Assembly (NCBI GenBank): GCA_964552475.1
Contig: CAZKFZ010000003.1
Location: 24,078-88,077, forward strand
Origin: an uncultured Candidatus Saccharibacteria bacterium
Lineage (GTDB): Bacteria; Patescibacteriota; Saccharimonadia; CAILAD01; BJGX01
Reading direction: 5' to 3'
Length of the DNA: 64,000 nt
The translations under genes and the position numbers were made by a program. Position 1 is the stretch's first letter; every line of letters begins with the position of its first letter. The notes under the pieces were generated by a model. That model was not told the DNA's origin. It was given only the letters and a program-made list of their open reading frames with translations, and did no database searches. This document shows positions 42,734-50,767 of the stretch, piece after piece.

Positions 42734-42762
42734 ATAATAACAAATATATTAATATTTGTCAA
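42734..42762 (-). promoter_or_regulatory. Sigma70-type promoter of the tRNA operon
   Basis: TTGACA-17-TATTAT. Confidence 0.75.
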
Positions 42763-42797
42763 TACTTTTTTAAGATGTAGCACTACAAAATGGTACA

Positions 42798-43760
42798 ATG
42801 TATGTTATGCAATTACCTAGTAACTGGAACAGTTCTATACAAAGTCGTAACGGCCATGTATTACAATCGGCTGAGTGGGCCAACTTTCAAACCTCTATAG
42901 GGCGGCAGCCATATTTTTCTATTAATAAAGACTGGTATTGGATAGCTTACAATCGCCAAGTAACAGGCTTGCACTATCTACTTGCTACCTATAATCCAGC
43001 TATAGAAAAAGATCCAGTCAAAGCATTGGAGTCATTACGTGTACAAGGTGGTGATCTTAAGTGTGATTTTGTGCGAGTTGAACCTACCGGCAATGTAACA
43101 AAACAAGATCTCGAGTCGCTTGGTGCGCACAAACTAGCTGATGTTCAACCCTCACACACGCTCGTGCTAGACCTAACTCGTTCAGAAGAAGATTTGCGAC
43201 ACGATTTGCAATCGGGCCATCGCAATCGTATAAATACTGGCGAAAAAAGGGGAGTGAGGGTATATAAAACAGTTGATCTTAAAACTGTACCGGTATTTCT
43301 AAGGCTAATGCATGATACCGCCGACCACTCCAAAATCACCAATCACCCAGACTGGTATTACGAGAAAATGGCTAAAAACTTAATAGAACAAGGTGTTGCC
43401 TGTTTTTACGTAGCGACTGTTGAAGAAAATCCTGCTAGTGTTTCGTTGGTGTTTGATTGGGGCAATACTCGCTACTATGCACACACCGGAAACGACCAAG
43501 TGTTAAATAGACAATATAAAGCGGCTGTATCTTGTGCGTGGCAAATGATACTAGATGCCAAGGCAGAAGGTAAAAAACATTTCGACTTCTGGGGTATTGC
43601 TCCACCAGAAGAACCAAACCACCCTTGGGCAGGTATTTCGGCTTTCAAACACGGATTTGGCGGTAGTGTGGTAAGTAACATAGGTACATATGATTTAGTT
43701 ATAAACAAATCAAAATACGCCATGTACAATGCATACAGAAAACTTAAAGGTCGCAAATGA
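42798..43760 (+). CDS. FemABX-family peptidoglycan bridge aminoacyltransferase
   Basis: HVLQSAEW, TLVLDL, FDFWGI, FKHGFGG. Confidence 0.88.
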   Translation: MYVMQLPSNWNSSIQSRNGHVLQSAEWANFQTSIGRQPYFSINKDWYWIAYNRQVTGLHYLLATYNPAIEKDPVKALESLRVQGGDLKCDFVRVEPTGNVTKQDLESLGAHKLADVQPSHTLVLDLTRSEEDLRHDLQSGHRNRINTGEKRGVRVYKTVDLKTVPVFLRLMHDTADHSKITNHPDWYYEKMAKNLIEQGVACFYVATVEENPASVSLVFDWGNTRYYAHTGNDQVLNRQYKAAVSCAWQMILDAKAEGKKHFDFWGIAPPEEPNHPWAGISAFKHGFGGSVVSNIGTYDLVINKSKYAMYNAYRKLKGRK

Positions 43761-44827
43761 TACGCCAAGCAACATCAGACGAAATTGCCACGTGGGATAA
43801 TCTGGTGCTACAAAACCCAGATGGTGGGCATATCTTGCAGTCTTACGAGTGGAGTAAGTTCAAAAAAACGGTTGGTTGGGAACCAAACTTTTTAGTTTTT
43901 GAGCAGGCAGGATTTTTACTTTACTTTTGTTTGTCTCAAAAATCAGCTAGCTTCTTGGGTAATATCTACTATTGCGCCAAAGGCCCAGGATTATTTGGTG
44001 GTGGCCATGCCAATAAGGTCTCAAAAGGTAGGTTTGAAGAGTTTTGTAATGATATAAAAACGTATATTGAAAGACTAGACTCTAAGGCAATACTCATTAA
44101 ACTCGAGCCCGAGCTGTTTGAAGACGAGATAGATCTTGTAGATTTAGGACTAAAAAAAAGTGGTGCCGATTTGCAGTTTAAGGCAACTATTCTGGTTGAT
44201 CTAAAACCTACCGAAGAAGAAATTATTGCTAGTTTTAAACAAAAGACTCGCTACAACATTAGGTTGGCTGAGCGAAAAGGCGTAAAGGTAGAGAGGCGAG
44301 AGGCTAACTCACAAAATCTTAATATAATGTATGAGCTAATGGTGGCCACCCAAGAAAGAGCTGGATTCTTCTTACGAAAAAAAGACTATTTTATAGGTTA
44401 TTGGAGTGAGTTAGCTAAGGCTGGAATGGGGCAAATATTATTTGCTACTCACGAGGACAAGGTGTTGGCCGGTATTTATATTACACGTTTTGGTGCAAAC
44501 AGCTACTACAAAGACGGAGGGTCGTTTCTTATTAAACGCAACCTAATGGCGCCATACCTTTTGCAATGGGAGGCAATGCGTTGGGCTAAAGAGCAAGGTG
44601 CTACCAAATACGATCTTGTAGCTGTTCCACCCAAAGCGGAGCTAGACAACCCTAGCCATCCACAGTCTGGCCTGTATCAATTCAAGAGAGGTTTTAATGA
44701 AGAAGTTACCGAGTTTGTAGGTTGCTGGGATTTGCCGGTGTCAGACAAGAAGTTTAAAATTTGGCTACGCCAAGAACGTAAATTTATTGGTCTATACAAG
44801 AAGATGACTAAAAATCTTTTCTGGTAA
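43757..44827 (+). CDS. FemABX-family peptidoglycan bridge aminoacyltransferase
   Basis: HILQSYEW, KQKTRYNIRLAERKGV, LQWEAM, GLYQFKRGF. Confidence 0.9.
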   Translation: MIRQATSDEIATWDNLVLQNPDGGHILQSYEWSKFKKTVGWEPNFLVFEQAGFLLYFCLSQKSASFLGNIYYCAKGPGLFGGGHANKVSKGRFEEFCNDIKTYIERLDSKAILIKLEPELFEDEIDLVDLGLKKSGADLQFKATILVDLKPTEEEIIASFKQKTRYNIRLAERKGVKVERREANSQNLNIMYELMVATQERAGFFLRKKDYFIGYWSELAKAGMGQILFATHEDKVLAGIYITRFGANSYYKDGGSFLIKRNLMAPYLLQWEAMRWAKEQGATKYDLVAVPPKAELDNPSHPQSGLYQFKRGFNEEVTEFVGCWDLPVSDKKFKIWLRQERKFIGLYKKMTKNLFW

Positions 44828-44831
44828 AACT

Positions 44832-46112
44832 TTAGTAAGGGTTTCTGTAAGGAAAGTTAGTATACTTAGAATTATTGTTTTTGTTGAGAATACCATCGAT
44901 CATTTCATCTAGAGTTTTAAACACATTGGCGGCATGTTTTTCACCATGGTAGCGTCGAAGGGCAAACTGACTTCTGGCGGCATTTTTTTTGGCGTTGGCG
45001 TAAAAAACACTCTGCCAAATATCTGGAATATCACTAGCAAATAGATAAGTGGCATCATCAGACTTATGAGTTATTTCACCGTTTTGGGTATTTGCTAAGT
45101 TTAGTCTCTCGGGTCGCTCAAGTATAACTGTTTCGATTATTTTGCCTGCGTGCGTGCGTAATTTAATAAGTAGCGCCAAATAGGGAATAGGGCTAGAATC
45201 AGAATCTAGGCTAGACCTGTATAACTCGGTGCTCACCACCGAACCGTTGTCGTTACAAGCATCGGTAACTTCTTTTATAAATCTTAGCCTATCTTGGTCT
45301 AGCACAAACTCTACTTCATTTATCCGCTCACCACTCGATCGTCTTGACCCCTTTGGTGTGCTAACTGGCAAGTGATCTTCTCCGGCTTCCGGCAGTCCAT
45401 CTACCCACTCAAAAAAAGCTCGTTTTTGTTCTTCACCAGATAAATTTAGTACCTCATCAATAGTTATAGGGGGGCGTTTTGACTCACGATTTTCTTGGTA
45501 GTTATTATGTTGTTGCTGACCATTATCTTGTGTATTCAAGTCTAGTAGCTCTAGTAGTTTTTGCTGAGCATATCTCGACACCTTAAGTCTCTCTGGTGTA
45601 AGAAGTTCACCAGATTTTGGTCGGTGTACCAAATCACGCAAGCCATTAATCGATAATCTAAAAACGTGGTCGTCGCTACTTTCTTGTGAGTGATGAGGTA
45701 CACTTTCTGTGCTAGTTAGCTGTTTATCTAAGCGTGCTGCAACAATACCTAGAACATATACTCGCTCTAGTTGACTTAGTCCCAGGTGGGGTAGTGAGTG
45801 AACAAACTTGGGGTCATGTACAGCTTCGCTAAGGTCTATATTGTGTCTATCTAAGACATCTCTTACTCTCGAGGCTATTTGAGCGGCTTCAGACTCATTG
45901 ACGTTAATATCCTCAGGACTTTTTAGATATTCATCGGCTTTAATAGCTTCATAAAGAGGTGTTCCTTGTAAATTTTCTGGCAAGTCATCTTCTAAATAAC
46001 CTCTTTTATCCAGGTTCTTTACAGTATCCCCAAGCTTAGGTACTTGGCTAAGGTGTAGGTTTGTTTCTTCATCCTCAAAAGGTGGTCGGTAGGTCTCGTC
46101 ACTAAAATCCAT
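44832..46112 (-). CDS. Hypothetical protein
   Basis: 426-aa ORF; no motif recognised. Confidence 0.7.
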   Translation of the reverse strand: MDFSDETYRPPFEDEETNLHLSQVPKLGDTVKNLDKRGYLEDDLPENLQGTPLYEAIKADEYLKSPEDINVNESEAAQIASRVRDVLDRHNIDLSEAVHDPKFVHSLPHLGLSQLERVYVLGIVAARLDKQLTSTESVPHHSQESSDDHVFRLSINGLRDLVHRPKSGELLTPERLKVSRYAQQKLLELLDLNTQDNGQQQHNNYQENRESKRPPITIDEVLNLSGEEQKRAFFEWVDGLPEAGEDHLPVSTPKGSRRSSGERINEVEFVLDQDRLRFIKEVTDACNDNGSVVSTELYRSSLDSDSSPIPYLALLIKLRTHAGKIIETVILERPERLNLANTQNGEITHKSDDATYLFASDIPDIWQSVFYANAKKNAARSQFALRRYHGEKHAANVFKTLDEMIDGILNKNNNSKYTNFPYRNPY

Positions 46113-46180
46113 ATAGATATTCTAGCATAAGTATAATAGTTATATGTAATTAAAAACCCCGATATTACTATCGGGGTTTA

Positions 46181-46489
46181 TCAATTGGTTTGCCTAGCTC
46201 CTCCAATATAATTTCTACAAAGTGCGCAACTGATATTGTGTATAAGAACGCTATCAATAAATGGTTTGCCATGCTTGAGGGCGTTATCAATACAGACTCG
46301 ATTTACTAAACACTCAGTTGAGTGAAACTCGTCATAGTCTGCTCGATGATCTGCTAAAATAGTCTCATCGAATGGATCTACCATAGTTACTGCTTGGCCT
46401 GGTATCTCGGTAGATTCTGTAGGTACAAGGCGAAACAGGCCATGTAAACGCCCTAAAAAATCTTCGTAAGTTACTACTTTGGCAGGCAA
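46181..46489 (-). CDS. Hypothetical protein
   Basis: TTG start; bounded by terminator hairpins. Confidence 0.5.
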   Translation of the reverse strand: MPAKVVTYEDFLGRLHGLFRLVPTESTEIPGQAVTMVDPFDETILADHRADYDEFHSTECLVNRVCIDNALKHGKPFIDSVLIHNISCALCRNYIGGARQTN

Positions 46490-46600
46490 AGTATCTCTCT
46501 TTCTATCTTTACTATAAAGTTGGGTGCAATGATGTCAATATTTTACAACAGAACACACAAATATGCAAATAAAATGCCCTAGATAACTCTAGGGCAAATA

Positions 46601-47146
46601 TTATCGTGTAGGTGGCAGCCCGTACTGAGCTAAGCTACTGTTCTTATAGCCTGGCTCATTACTCACCTCGTTTGCAACACCTAGCCATGCTGGCAACTCA
46701 AAGGTAAATATTTCTGGACGTACTTCTTTAAGCCAACTTAGAAGAGAGGTCTCATCTTGGGTATCATCGGTAGCGAGCTCTACTAGCCACTCAGCCTCAA
46801 TAGTGACAAGCCCATCTAGATTGTCATGGTACTTGTCTAGCTCAAGCTTAACCCCACTTGGGTTATAGAATGTCCATCGGGTTTTTCTAAGCCTGTAAGC
46901 CGATAACACTACAAGCTCATCGTAGAGCCACTTTGGAATTTCAACTTCTTCTTCTACTCTAGCAACATCACCATCAGATTTTTTAGTTACTGTATAGTTT
47001 CTGCCTGCACTTCTAATGCGAAACCCACCTTTTCGAGTACTAATATAGTTTTGCTCTATTTCTTGAATACTGGCATTTAGTATCTGACCAAATGTCGTGA
47101 AACCAGGTAAAACCCATTTACGTTCTACCTCGATAGTTTGGGGCAA
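46601..47146 (-). CDS. CYTH-domain (triphosphate tunnel) protein
   Basis: IEVERKW, RIR, KTR, ELD, IEAE, YKNSSLA. Confidence 0.88.
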   Translation of the reverse strand: MPQTIEVERKWVLPGFTTFGQILNASIQEIEQNYISTRKGGFRIRSAGRNYTVTKKSDGDVARVEEEVEIPKWLYDELVVLSAYRLRKTRWTFYNPSGVKLELDKYHDNLDGLVTIEAEWLVELATDDTQDETSLLSWLKEVRPEIFTFELPAWLGVANEVSNEPGYKNSSLAQYGLPPTR

Positions 47147-47260
47147 GACATCTCCTTAAAAGGTAGTAGGCCAACAACAGGTTAGCACGGACCAGTTTTG
47201 GCGTCTAGTCAAAACATTTTAACTAAAAGTAAAACCCCAGAATCTCTCCCGGGGTAAATG

Positions 47261-47926
47261 TTATTTTGATTTAAACTTATCGAGCAACCCAGCCATCCCA
47301 AAATGTAGCTTCTGTTGATATTGGGCATCCTCAAGCGCATGGTGCGTGAAGTCGCCACCCGGAACTATGATCGGTGGCAACTTGTTCTTACTAGTCTTTG
47401 ACCAATCCCACTCGCCAGTTAGCGGCAAGGCAAGCGACTTGAGATCAAACGGGGCTATCCCAAATGGGTTGTCCATACCGGCCTTTGCAAAATACATATC
47501 GACAAAGGCGAAGTCAAACGCTGCGTTGAAGGCTGTGAAAACCACTGGCTTACCATGCTTTTGCATCAATTCACTAAGCCATTCTGCAAATTCCCGCATT
47601 ACCTGCTCAAAGTTCGGCGCCTCTTGAAGCAGTCGTTCACGTGGTAGCCCATGAGTTTCGCAAAACTCCCGTTGGCCTAGCACAAAGTCTTCACTGATCG
47701 GACGAATCTCAGAATAATACGACTCGCCAGTTGGGCTCTGGGCACCGATCGACAGCATTGAGCCATGCCCTGCCTTGCCATCGGCCTCAATATCTACATC
47801 GACGTACAGTTGTGGCGCGGCCAGCACAATCTCGCGCCCGCGTTCGTATAAGCGAGCACGCTCGCCTTCAATGCTGTCATGCACTCCAAATTCTGACGGT
47901 TCATTCATATTACTAGTATAGCTCAT
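47261..47926 (-). CDS. DEDDh 3'-5' exo(ribo)nuclease
   Basis: VDIEADG, NAAFDF, HHALEDA. Confidence 0.85.
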   Translation of the reverse strand: MSYTSNMNEPSEFGVHDSIEGERARLYERGREIVLAAPQLYVDVDIEADGKAGHGSMLSIGAQSPTGESYYSEIRPISEDFVLGQREFCETHGLPRERLLQEAPNFEQVMREFAEWLSELMQKHGKPVVFTAFNAAFDFAFVDMYFAKAGMDNPFGIAPFDLKSLALPLTGEWDWSKTSKNKLPPIIVPGGDFTHHALEDAQYQQKLHFGMAGLLDKFKSK

Positions 47927-47958
47927 GTTGTCTCCTTATGTAGAGGTCAAGGTGCCTT

Positions 47959-48044
47959 CTGGGAGCGGTTCCCAACCAAAACTCTTGATTACTCTCAAGA
48001 ACTTTGGTTGGGGGAGCTTTTTTATAGGAGCTCCCAAAACCTAT
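47959..48044 (-). repeat. Junction module 1: pseudoknot plus long-hairpin element
   Basis: ATAGG-TTTT-GGGAGCT-CCTAT-AAAAA-AGCTCCC, then CCAACCAAAGTTCTTGA/TCAAGAGTTTTGGTTGG, then GA-ACCGC-TCCCAG. Confidence 0.8.
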
Positions 48045-48048
48045 TAAG

Positions 48049-48291
48049 TTAGCACCTGTCTGAGTGTATGAAACAGCCACCAACTGCAGTGTCGCAGCCA
48101 CCAGGGCACTGCCTCCCAGCAGCTACTTCGCGAGCTATATAGTCATTCTCTTCTCGCTTTCGCTGGGCAGCCCGCGCGTAATCTCCGCGCGCTTCGGCAG
48201 CTTGCCACTCATAAGCTTCTGCCCTAAGTCTCGCAGCTCTGGCCTTGCCTTCTAGCTCTGCAGCTCGTGCTTCTGCTTCGTAATCGCGCAA
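48049..48291 (-). CDS. Small coiled-coil protein with a C-terminal CxGGCDTxVGGCFxH motif
   Basis: TTG start after AAGGA; motif shared with the 48569-49048 protein. Confidence 0.7.
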   Translation of the reverse strand: MRDYEAEARAAELEGKARAARLRAEAYEWQAAEARGDYARAAQRKREENDYIAREVAAGRQCPGGCDTAVGGCFIHSDRC

Positions 48292-48330
48292 CTCTATTCC
48301 TTTGTCTAGGCACTACCGTGTATTAACGGC

Positions 48331-48411
48331 CTGGGACACTCCCAGCCAAAATACTCGAATGCTTTCAAGAACTTTGGTTGGGAGGGAGCCGGCTTACAAT
48401 AGCCGACTCCC
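48331..48411 (-). repeat. Junction module 2: hairpin plus long-hairpin element
   Basis: GGGAGTCGGCT/AGCCGGCTCCC, then TCCCAACCAAAGTTCTTGA/TCGAGTATTTTGGCTGGGA-GTG-TCCCAG. Confidence 0.8.
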
Positions 48412-48425
48412 TCGGTAAGACAGAT

Positions 48426-48530
48426 CTACCAAAAGATCGCGCGCAGAGCGACGAACTCTAGATAGCTAATTAGCGCGAGTACAGCCAAAATGGTGAGGGT
48501 GGTGAGTCGCTGTGTTGTGATGGGCTTCAT
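48426..48530 (-). CDS. 34-aa single-TM peptide (absent from the ORF track)
   Basis: AGGAG SD; MKPITTQRLTTLTILAVLALISYLEFVALRAIFW*. Confidence 0.6.
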   Translation of the reverse strand: MKPITTQRLTTLTILAVLALISYLEFVALRAIFW

Positions 48531-48568
48531 TGCTTTCTCCTATGATGTGTAGTGAAGGGTAGTTGAGA

Positions 48569-49048
48569 CTAGCAGCTACTGGCATGTACAAAACATCCGC
48601 CAACATCGGTGTCGCAACCGCCCTTACATTTCATGCGCCCACCTATCATCTGTTGGGTAGCTATGCGACGCCTACGCTCGGCTTCATGTGCCTCGGATCG
48701 CTGTCTTGCTTGACGGTTGTTCAGACCCGGATAGAATCCGCTGGGAGCATCAAGCCATTCTACACTCTCATAATCTATCTCTTCTTTAGGTTGATCATCG
48801 TGTTGGAAGGCTTTGCTTGTTGGCATTTTCGTAGGAATGCCCACCTTCTTCTTAGACTCTTGCGTAGTTGTTTGCGTGTTTTGCCACACAACCACTCGTC
48901 TTTTGCATACCGGGCATTTTACTGCCAGAAATTTTTCTCGCGTCACGTAGGTATCGGCTTGATCAACCTCGATCTTACTACCGCATTTTTCGCAGGTTAC
49001 TCGCTTGGGCCATTTCAAATGCTTGGTACCCGTTTCGATGATTCTCAA
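48569..49048 (-). CDS. Zinc-ribbon protein with a C-terminal Cys motif
   Basis: TTG start after AAGGAG; CEKC...CPVC and CKGGCDTDVGGCFVH. Confidence 0.7.
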   Translation of the reverse strand: MRIIETGTKHLKWPKRVTCEKCGSKIEVDQADTYVTREKFLAVKCPVCKRRVVVWQNTQTTTQESKKKVGIPTKMPTSKAFQHDDQPKEEIDYESVEWLDAPSGFYPGLNNRQARQRSEAHEAERRRRIATQQMIGGRMKCKGGCDTDVGGCFVHASSC

Positions 49049-49074
49049 TTTAATCTCCTTGTAGAGGTGCAAAC

Positions 49075-49156
49075 CTGGGAACTTCCCAGCCAAAACTCTC
49101 GAATAATCAAGGGCTCTGGTTGTGAGGAGCTTTTAGCAGGAGCTCCTTGAAACCTG
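49075..49156 (-). repeat. Junction module 3: pseudoknot plus long-hairpin element
   Basis: CAGG-TTTCA-AGGAGCT-CCTG-CTAAA-AGCTCCT, then CACAACCAGAGCCCTTGA/TCGAGAGTTTTGGCTGGGA-AGT-TCCCAG. Confidence 0.8.
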
Positions 49157-49164
49157 TTTAAGGT

Positions 49165-49434
49165 CTATTGCAACTTTCTAATCACTTCTTCTACAGTAAG
49201 TCTCACAATTTCTTCTAGCTGCGCCTTGGTAATAACTCTTCTCTCTTTGGTCGTTTCTTCGGGCTTTGGACCTAGCCAAACATGATCTCGAGTGCTAGTG
49301 CAATTTTTACGACCACTAGTGTTGCATGTGTTACACCAAGTAGGTGGGTAGGTATAGTCTGGATCCATACTTTCGCGTACAGTATACCAACCAGTACGAA
49401 CTTGTTCAGTATGAGTAACTGTGTGGTAAGACAT
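49165..49434 (-). CDS. Small Cys/His-containing hypothetical protein
   Basis: ATG after AAGGAGG (MSYHTVTH...); CNTC...C...H; the ORF-track N-terminus overlaps the ribozyme. Confidence 0.65.
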   Translation of the reverse strand: MSYHTVTHTEQVRTGWYTVRESMDPDYTYPPTWCNTCNTSGRKNCTSTRDHVWLGPKPEETTKERRVITKAQLEEIVRLTVEEVIRKLQ

Positions 49435-49457
49435 CTGCCTCCTTGTGTAGGTGCGGA

Positions 49458-49508
49458 CTGATTTCGTCGTTTTCGACTCTTCAGGGCGAGTACACACTCG
49501 CCGATCAA
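49458..49508 (-). ncRNA. Hammerhead ribozyme, type III
   Basis: UUGA-UC^GGCGAG-UGUGUA-CUCGCC-CUGAAGA-GUCG-AAAA-CGAC-GAAA-UCAG; full core and all three stems. Confidence 0.92.
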
Positions 49509-49509
49509 G

Positions 49510-49543
49510 GGGAGGTTTTGAAAGGACCTCCCTGAAACCTTTC
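49510..49543 (-). repeat. Junction pseudoknot 4
   Basis: GAAAGG-TTTCA-GGGAGGT-CCTTTC-AAA-ACCTCCC. Confidence 0.78.
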
Positions 49544-49548
49544 TCGAC

Positions 49549-50142
49549 TTAGCCGAGACTTGTCAGGTCTGCGAGCACTTGCTGAAACACCCGTTCGGCC
49601 TTGCGGTCAATATTGGGCTCGGCAGCGATGAAGTTGTGACGTGGGTGGGCGCTCCACACTTTTCGAGTTGACAGTTCGAGTTTCGTGGCCTCCTCGAGCG
49701 ACTCCATGCGGTCGGCGTTGCCCTGCGTGCCGTAGTTCGCAGGATTGCCGGTCGCCAGAGACTCTAGGTGGTAGATAGCGCAGTAGCGTTGCAAGGTCAT
49801 ATCCAGATCTACCCCGTAGGTCTCTGTATACTCCCTTACACCGCCTTCTAGGTAAGCTGCTCCGTCCAGAACACCTCTATCAAGCACTAGAAGTTCTTTG
49901 CCGGTTCGCTCAGCCTCGGCCAACCAGAAGTTTTCTAGCCGTAGTTGAAGCTCGAGAATGGCACCCTGAAAGTGGTGTCGCCAAGTAGGGCTGTACTCAA
50001 TCTCGCGCCCTGGTACCGGGTAGCCACCTGCGAGTAGAATGGTGGCAGACTCAGGCACAAAGGCGGCATTTGGTAGCGCGCTTCGCAAGTGATCTATTAC
50101 ACTGCTTTTTCCAGCACAAGGTCCACCAGTTAGTACCAGCAT
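49549..50142 (-). CDS. P-loop ATPase/kinase, AAA_28/NadR-like
   Basis: VLTGGPCAGKS, VPESAT, LDRGVLD. Confidence 0.82.
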   Translation of the reverse strand: MLVLTGGPCAGKSSVIDHLRSALPNAAFVPESATILLAGGYPVPGREIEYSPTWRHHFQGAILELQLRLENFWLAEAERTGKELLVLDRGVLDGAAYLEGGVREYTETYGVDLDMTLQRYCAIYHLESLATGNPANYGTQGNADRMESLEEATKLELSTRKVWSAHPRHNFIAAEPNIDRKAERVFQQVLADLTSLG

Positions 50143-50184
50143 GGGTGTAGGTATGGTTATTCCTCCAGTTGTAGGTGCTACCGT

Positions 50185-50244
50185 CCGGACTATCCGGCTC
50201 GGCTACCTGGCAGTGATCACATTGTGCCAGGATACCGAGTCGGA
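50185..50244 (-). repeat. Sequence-divergent copy of the long-hairpin/switch element
   Basis: TCCG-A-CTCGGT..CCTGGCA-loop-TGCCAGG..GCCGAG-C-CGGA-TAG-TCCGG. Confidence 0.65.
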
Positions 50245-50284
50245 AAGCTATAGAGGCTTTATACTTACTACCACCTACGTGCTT

Positions 50285-50313
50285 AGTATGTGTGTTTAGT
50301 AGCTATGTATCTA
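50285..50313 (-). promoter_or_regulatory. Possible internal promoter of the array
   Basis: TAGATA-17-CATACT in an AT-rich gap. Confidence 0.4.
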
Positions 50314-50340
50314 GTCAATTTATTTTGAGTTAAGGTTCTT

Positions 50341-50403
50341 TAACTTTCGCCCTGCGTTTACTGTAGGTGGGCTCATCAGGACTGGTACTCACCAGTCGAG
50401 TTA
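50341..50403 (-). ncRNA. Hammerhead ribozyme, type III
   Basis: UAAC-UC^GACUGG-UGAGUA-CCAGUC-CUGAUGA-GCCC-(16 nt)-GGGC-GAAA-GUUA. Confidence 0.9.
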
Positions 50404-50405
50404 GT

Positions 50406-50437
50406 GGGAGCCTTTAGCAGGAGCTCCCTGAAACCTG
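50406..50437 (-). repeat. Junction pseudoknot 5
   Basis: CAGG-TTTCA-GGGAGCT-CCTG-CTAAA-GGCTCCC. Confidence 0.75.
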
Positions 50438-50444
50438 TCACGTC

Positions 50445-50720
50445 TCAGTTGATGCGACGCTCAGACTTGTTGCGAGAACCTACCGGCACCGTTGCTGAGC
50501 AGTTCGGGCAGATCACCACCGCCAGCTCCTCAGTAACCCGGTACTTTACTCGGTCTTCGTCTCGACCGTGCCCAGGGTCGGGGTCGAAGTAGCGGATGTA
50601 GCTGTGGTTCACCCAGCTAACCAAGTCTACCTTGTGGTCCACTTCAACCACCGATCTGCAGTTATGGCAGGCGTGTTGGCGTCGATCGTGGTGGGCATTC
50701 TGTTGGTGGACTATACGCAT
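50445..50720 (-). CDS. Small zinc-ribbon protein
   Basis: GGAG SD; CHNC...CPNC; N-terminus resembles the 48569-49048 protein. Confidence 0.7.
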   Translation of the reverse strand: MRIVHQQNAHHDRRQHACHNCRSVVEVDHKVDLVSWVNHSYIRYFDPDPGHGRDEDRVKYRVTEELAVVICPNCSATVPVGSRNKSERRIN

Positions 50721-50767
50721 GTTGCTCTCCCTGGTGTCGAGGTGCTACACTCCGCTTGCGCGGGTGC

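Noticed and set aside
48012-48044. Resemblance of the pseudoknot to a preQ1-I riboswitch
   Set aside because: It lies right after stop codons, has a fully paired 7-bp second stem, and no queuosine genes are adjacent
47913-48101. 62-aa minus-strand ORF and the N-terminal extensions of the ORFs starting at 49093 and 49497
   Set aside because: They run through the structured junction modules; SD-supported starts lie downstream
48563-49150. 195-aa plus-strand ORF and other plus-strand ORFs in the array
   Set aside because: Antisense shadows of SD-supported minus-strand genes
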